DNA from: Mayamaea pseudoterrestris
Lineage: Eukaryota
DNA: 64,000 nt
Reading direction: 5' to 3'
NCBI GenBank assembly: GCA_027923505.1
Contig: BROI01000010.1
Location: 806,001-870,000 of the forward strand
This document shows positions 60,914-64,000 of the stretch, in pieces. The position numbers were made by a program, and so were the translations under genes. The notes below the pieces were generated by a model. It made no database searches. It saw only the letters and a program-made list of their open reading frames with translations, and was not told the origin of the DNA. The number at the start of each line of letters is the position of its first letter. Within the stretch, counting starts at the first letter, position 1.

Positions 60914-62023
60914 TTATTTTATACGTGGCGATGCTTTGTCTGACTTCAATCTCGTGTTGACGAGCGCACTCAGAATGAATGGGACAGCGAAGGCGAACAT
61001 AATAGCTCCTCTCTTCGGCGCAAAGCCTAATGGGTAAACTGTTTGTCCAATGCCGACGAGAAAAGCCCAAATTCCCACCATAACGTTTAACTGTATGAAG
61101 GTTGTTCCCTGCAGTCGATCGCGCTCAGCTGCATCCTTGAGCGAGTAGATGATGGTAGAAATCATAAACAGACGAGCGACAGCCGACCAATGCAAACTGA
61201 TCTCAAAGGCTCCAATCGCGAGGTGACTGGCATATCGAACATTAAAAATGCCATCCAATAGACTTGATACACCCGCGATTGAAACTAACACAAAAGCATT
61301 ACGAAACAGCGCGCCCTTGTGCTTGACTCGAAGTCCTAGTAAAGTTTCCTTCGTATCTTGCGCAAAGTCTTGAATTAGTGTTCTAGGGCTGGCTTTGCCG
61401 CCCAATCCTTGAACCCACCCACTATACGCAGCAAAAGCTCCCAGTAATCTTACTATCGTTGCAACGAGAGACAAGAGTAAAGCGGGGACAAAGGTTGGAA
61501 GGAATCCTGCTTCTCCTGGAACTGCAGCCAGACTCATGAGCGAGAATCCAAGTAGTCCAATGTTGAGACGCTTGTAGGTAACGCTCTTTAATCGATCATG
61601 ATTTGTAGCTCCTTGGAGAATATAGCAGAGCCCCGACGCAATTCCGTAGCCTGCAGCTCCTCCCAATTTGGAGGAAACCATAGTGTTGACAGTGTGATCC
61701 GGCATGACGAGCAAGACAGCTCCCATGAATCCAAACATGTAGCTTGCCATTCGGTAAATCTTTGACAGATTTTTCGTTCGACTTTTGATGCTATTGCTGT
61801 TGTCTTGCTGTTTGTGTTCATTGTCGTTGCTGGCGCCGTGTAAAGAGACCGAGCAGAGGCGAGGTTGATCATGGTAACGTCGTTCCTTCCAGGCTAAAGG
61901 ATGAGATATACTGGTAAATTGTAAAGCTACTTTTTCAGTTCCATGCCTATTAGAGATTTTATTGGTGACGAAGGCTTGTGCAAATGGAGGACAAAGAATC
62001 AGCAGCGACCGCAGAATCCTCAT
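60914..62023 (-). CDS. Predicted plastid multi-pass membrane protein of unknown function
   Basis: Signal peptide + AQA-FVT, a transit-like segment, about 8 hydrophobic helices, and a duplicated motif L..A...DRL...T...LN. Confidence 0.8.
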   Translation of the reverse strand: MRILRSLLILCPPFAQAFVTNKISNRHGTEKVALQFTSISHPLAWKERRYHDQPRLCSVSLHGASNDNEHKQQDNSNSIKSRTKNLSKIYRMASYMFGFMGAVLLVMPDHTVNTMVSSKLGGAAGYGIASGLCYILQGATNHDRLKSVTYKRLNIGLLGFSLMSLAAVPGEAGFLPTFVPALLLSLVATIVRLLGAFAAYSGWVQGLGGKASPRTLIQDFAQDTKETLLGLRVKHKGALFRNAFVLVSIAGVSSLLDGIFNVRYASHLAIGAFEISLHWSAVARLFMISTIIYSLKDAAERDRLQGTTFIQLNVMVGIWAFLVGIGQTVYPLGFAPKRGAIMFAFAVPFILSALVNTRLKSDKASPRIK

Positions 62024-62394
62024 GGTGGAACGAGGAAGTGTGATCGGAAGGTGCGAGATGGTTGATCATCGTGTCGTACTGGTTCACTTTCAGTATTTTG
62101 AAATGAGTACAAGAAATGTGCCGTTCTTCATATGCCTCGGATACCTTTTATATATGCCTGAATTTTGTATACGATTTAAAGTAGAGTTTGGATCCCGCAG
62201 GACCACTTTGTGACTCGTCCGGCGCGTGCATGTCTTCCGTCACGTGGCCTCGCCAAGTGAGAGGTGCGCTTGTTAATTGTCACCATGCCAATCGTTGCCT
62301 CCAACCATTGACGCGATCAACGCATTGCATTCATTCGATCTTTATATTTTGGCTTGGAGGCAGAGAGAGTCTTTAAAATTCATTGTTACCAAGC

Positions 62395-64000
62395 ATGAAG
62401 AGTTTCTTGCTCGTTCTGCTGCTCTCGACAGTGACAGCGACTACAGTCGATCGACAAGATGTTGGTGTCGAGGCATCCGCTGCAATCCAAGGACTGCTGC
62501 AGCAGGTTCGCTTCAAAGTCGCAAGTCTACTGGACAATGGAGCCAAAAGAGAAGCGATGAATGACAATGAAGGTCATGCGCAGGCGCTTATTGAATGGGT
62601 TCGATCCAAAACCAAGGCGAATGTTTATGAGCATCTAGAAGCTCGGCCATCTTCGTCAGTGCAGCAGCAATATGCATTGTATGCAACAACTACCATTCCA
62701 GCGAATACATTATTGTTTGAAATTCCGCAGGATCTCGTCATGACCCCGACTCGTATTGAGATTGATGACCGCGTTCAAGTGGAGTGGAATGATGATCATG
62801 AATACAACTACGGTCACGTTACGCGCGATCATGGCGATACTATGGATGTTCACTTTGACGATGATTCCGTTCATTCACTTGAACGAAGCTTGATTGAACA
62901 TGAAGCTTTTCCCGTCAATTGCGGAACCATTCAGCGACTAGTCCAAGAGATTCTTCTCGGCGACTCGAGCAAGTTTGCTCCTTATGTCAACTATTTAAAG
63001 AATCAACCACGTGGCCAGTTACCGGCTGATTGGAGCGAAGCAGGCCAGGATTTATTAAAAATGCTGATGGGATATGAAAGTAACAAAGAATTCGCTCTGC
63101 TTCCGCCGGAATCTTCCTTTGACTGGCTCAAAGAAGACTGGCGAGTCCGTTGCGGTCGACGCGGGGACGATGTTTCTAGTCTAGCATACTACACTTACGT
63201 GCAGCGAAGCTCTGACCAGGTTCTTGTTCCAGTACTCGATATGCTATTGCACTCAAATGCTCCTGATGAGCTGAATACGCGGACTGGACCTATTCGCAAT
63301 GGACGACGGCCAGTCAAGGTATTTTCCTCGCGCGAGATACAAGCAGGTGAAGCTTTGTACGCATCCTACAATCAATGCGCGGATTGCCAAAACAAAAACC
63401 ATATTGGCACGCCAGAACTGCTGCGTGAGCATGGCTTTGTGGAGGATTATCCGCAGCGTTGGATCTTGAGCGACGAAAATGTGGTATCCTTTGACCTGGT
63501 GCCTGAGACGATTGTTGGTATGGATGGAGCTACAATGAAGCAGATCTCGGTAAAATGGATTGATAAGCGGCCATCGCGAAAAAGTTTTGCCTATATGAAA
63601 AATCAGCTACAGCGACTGGCCGACTTTTGCGAAACGGAGCTTGTGTCGTTGGATCCGTCCATTCCTCCGCAAGAACTTGACGTGATTCTGCAATATTTGG
63701 ACGCCACCACGACGGCACTCTCACTTGCTATTAATGCATCGCCATCATCCCATACGTCTAGTATAGATTGTCGCGACACGAATACTTGCGATTTGGATCG
63801 CTTCGACCGATACGAGTCACTTGTTCCGAAGCAAGAGGTTTGGGGCGACGAGCGGCCAGCGACGTGCAACTCTAAGCGGGAGTATGTATTTAACACATGG
63901 GAAACAATTGACGAAGTCAATTCGCGCTATCAAGGAGTTACTTTCTCGGTGAATAATCAAATCAATGACATGTGCTTTGACCTTGACAACGTCGTGCAAA
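62395..64000 (+). CDS. Secreted SET-domain protein with Tudor-like insertion, fused to the start of an aminopropyltransferase (spermidine/spermine synthase-like) domain; partial
   Basis: Stop-free frame from ATG 62395 to the window edge, so it is missing from the ORF track. MKSFLLVLLLSTVTA (signal), LIEWVRS...LYATTTIPANTLLFEIP, SKFAPYVNYL, VLVPVLDMLLH, IQAGEALYASY, LLREHGFVE, then EVNSRYQGVTF...DMCFDLDNVVQ. Confidence 0.85.
   Translation, partial: MKSFLLVLLLSTVTATTVDRQDVGVEASAAIQGLLQQVRFKVASLLDNGAKREAMNDNEGHAQALIEWVRSKTKANVYEHLEARPSSSVQQQYALYATTTIPANTLLFEIPQDLVMTPTRIEIDDRVQVEWNDDHEYNYGHVTRDHGDTMDVHFDDDSVHSLERSLIEHEAFPVNCGTIQRLVQEILLGDSSKFAPYVNYLKNQPRGQLPADWSEAGQDLLKMLMGYESNKEFALLPPESSFDWLKEDWRVRCGRRGDDVSSLAYYTYVQRSSDQVLVPVLDMLLHSNAPDELNTRTGPIRNGRRPVKVFSSREIQAGEALYASYNQCADCQNKNHIGTPELLREHGFVEDYPQRWILSDENVVSFDLVPETIVGMDGATMKQISVKWIDKRPSRKSFAYMKNQLQRLADFCETELVSLDPSIPPQELDVILQYLDATTTALSLAINASPSSHTSSIDCRDTNTCDLDRFDRYESLVPKQEVWGDERPATCNSKREYVFNTWETIDEVNSRYQGVTFSVNNQINDMCFDLDNVVQ

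Overview
Gene-dense eukaryotic nuclear DNA with short GT-AG introns. It is most likely from a diatom: four proteins carry signal-peptide + F(+1) bipartite plastid-targeting sequences and several domain architectures are diatom-type. The species cannot be determined from this window. About 25 protein genes are supported. Housekeeping genes: glutaredoxin-fused thioredoxin reductase (partial), UTP11, ATG101, plastid FabD, an isochorismatase-family hydrolase, POMP/UMP1, TOR, an ArfGAP, a full-size ABCG/PDR transporter, CSE1, ELP4, plastid TatA/B, pescadillo, RAD50, an SDP1/TGL-type lipase and a 4-RRM Gbp2-like protein. A more accessory-looking patch at about 50.6-58.9 kb holds a 33-bp-repeat orphan gene, a Ty3/gypsy relic, a frameshifted monoacylglycerol lipase and a His/Pro-rich CYSTM-like peptide. 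The most notable items: (1) a secreted SET + Tudor-like + aminopropyltransferase fusion that runs off the right edge and is absent from the ORF track, a candidate for long-chain polyamine/silica chemistry; (2) a membrane 2OG-Fe dioxygenase with C-terminal Tudor-like domains; (3) a Grx(CGFF)-TrxR fusion; (4) a 42-bp two-subtype minisatellite; (5) a recurrent non-coding TACCGGTA palindrome; (6) a GC-AG intron in RAD50. No tRNA, rRNA or CRISPR array was recognised. All family calls come from motif recognition by eye, with no database search.
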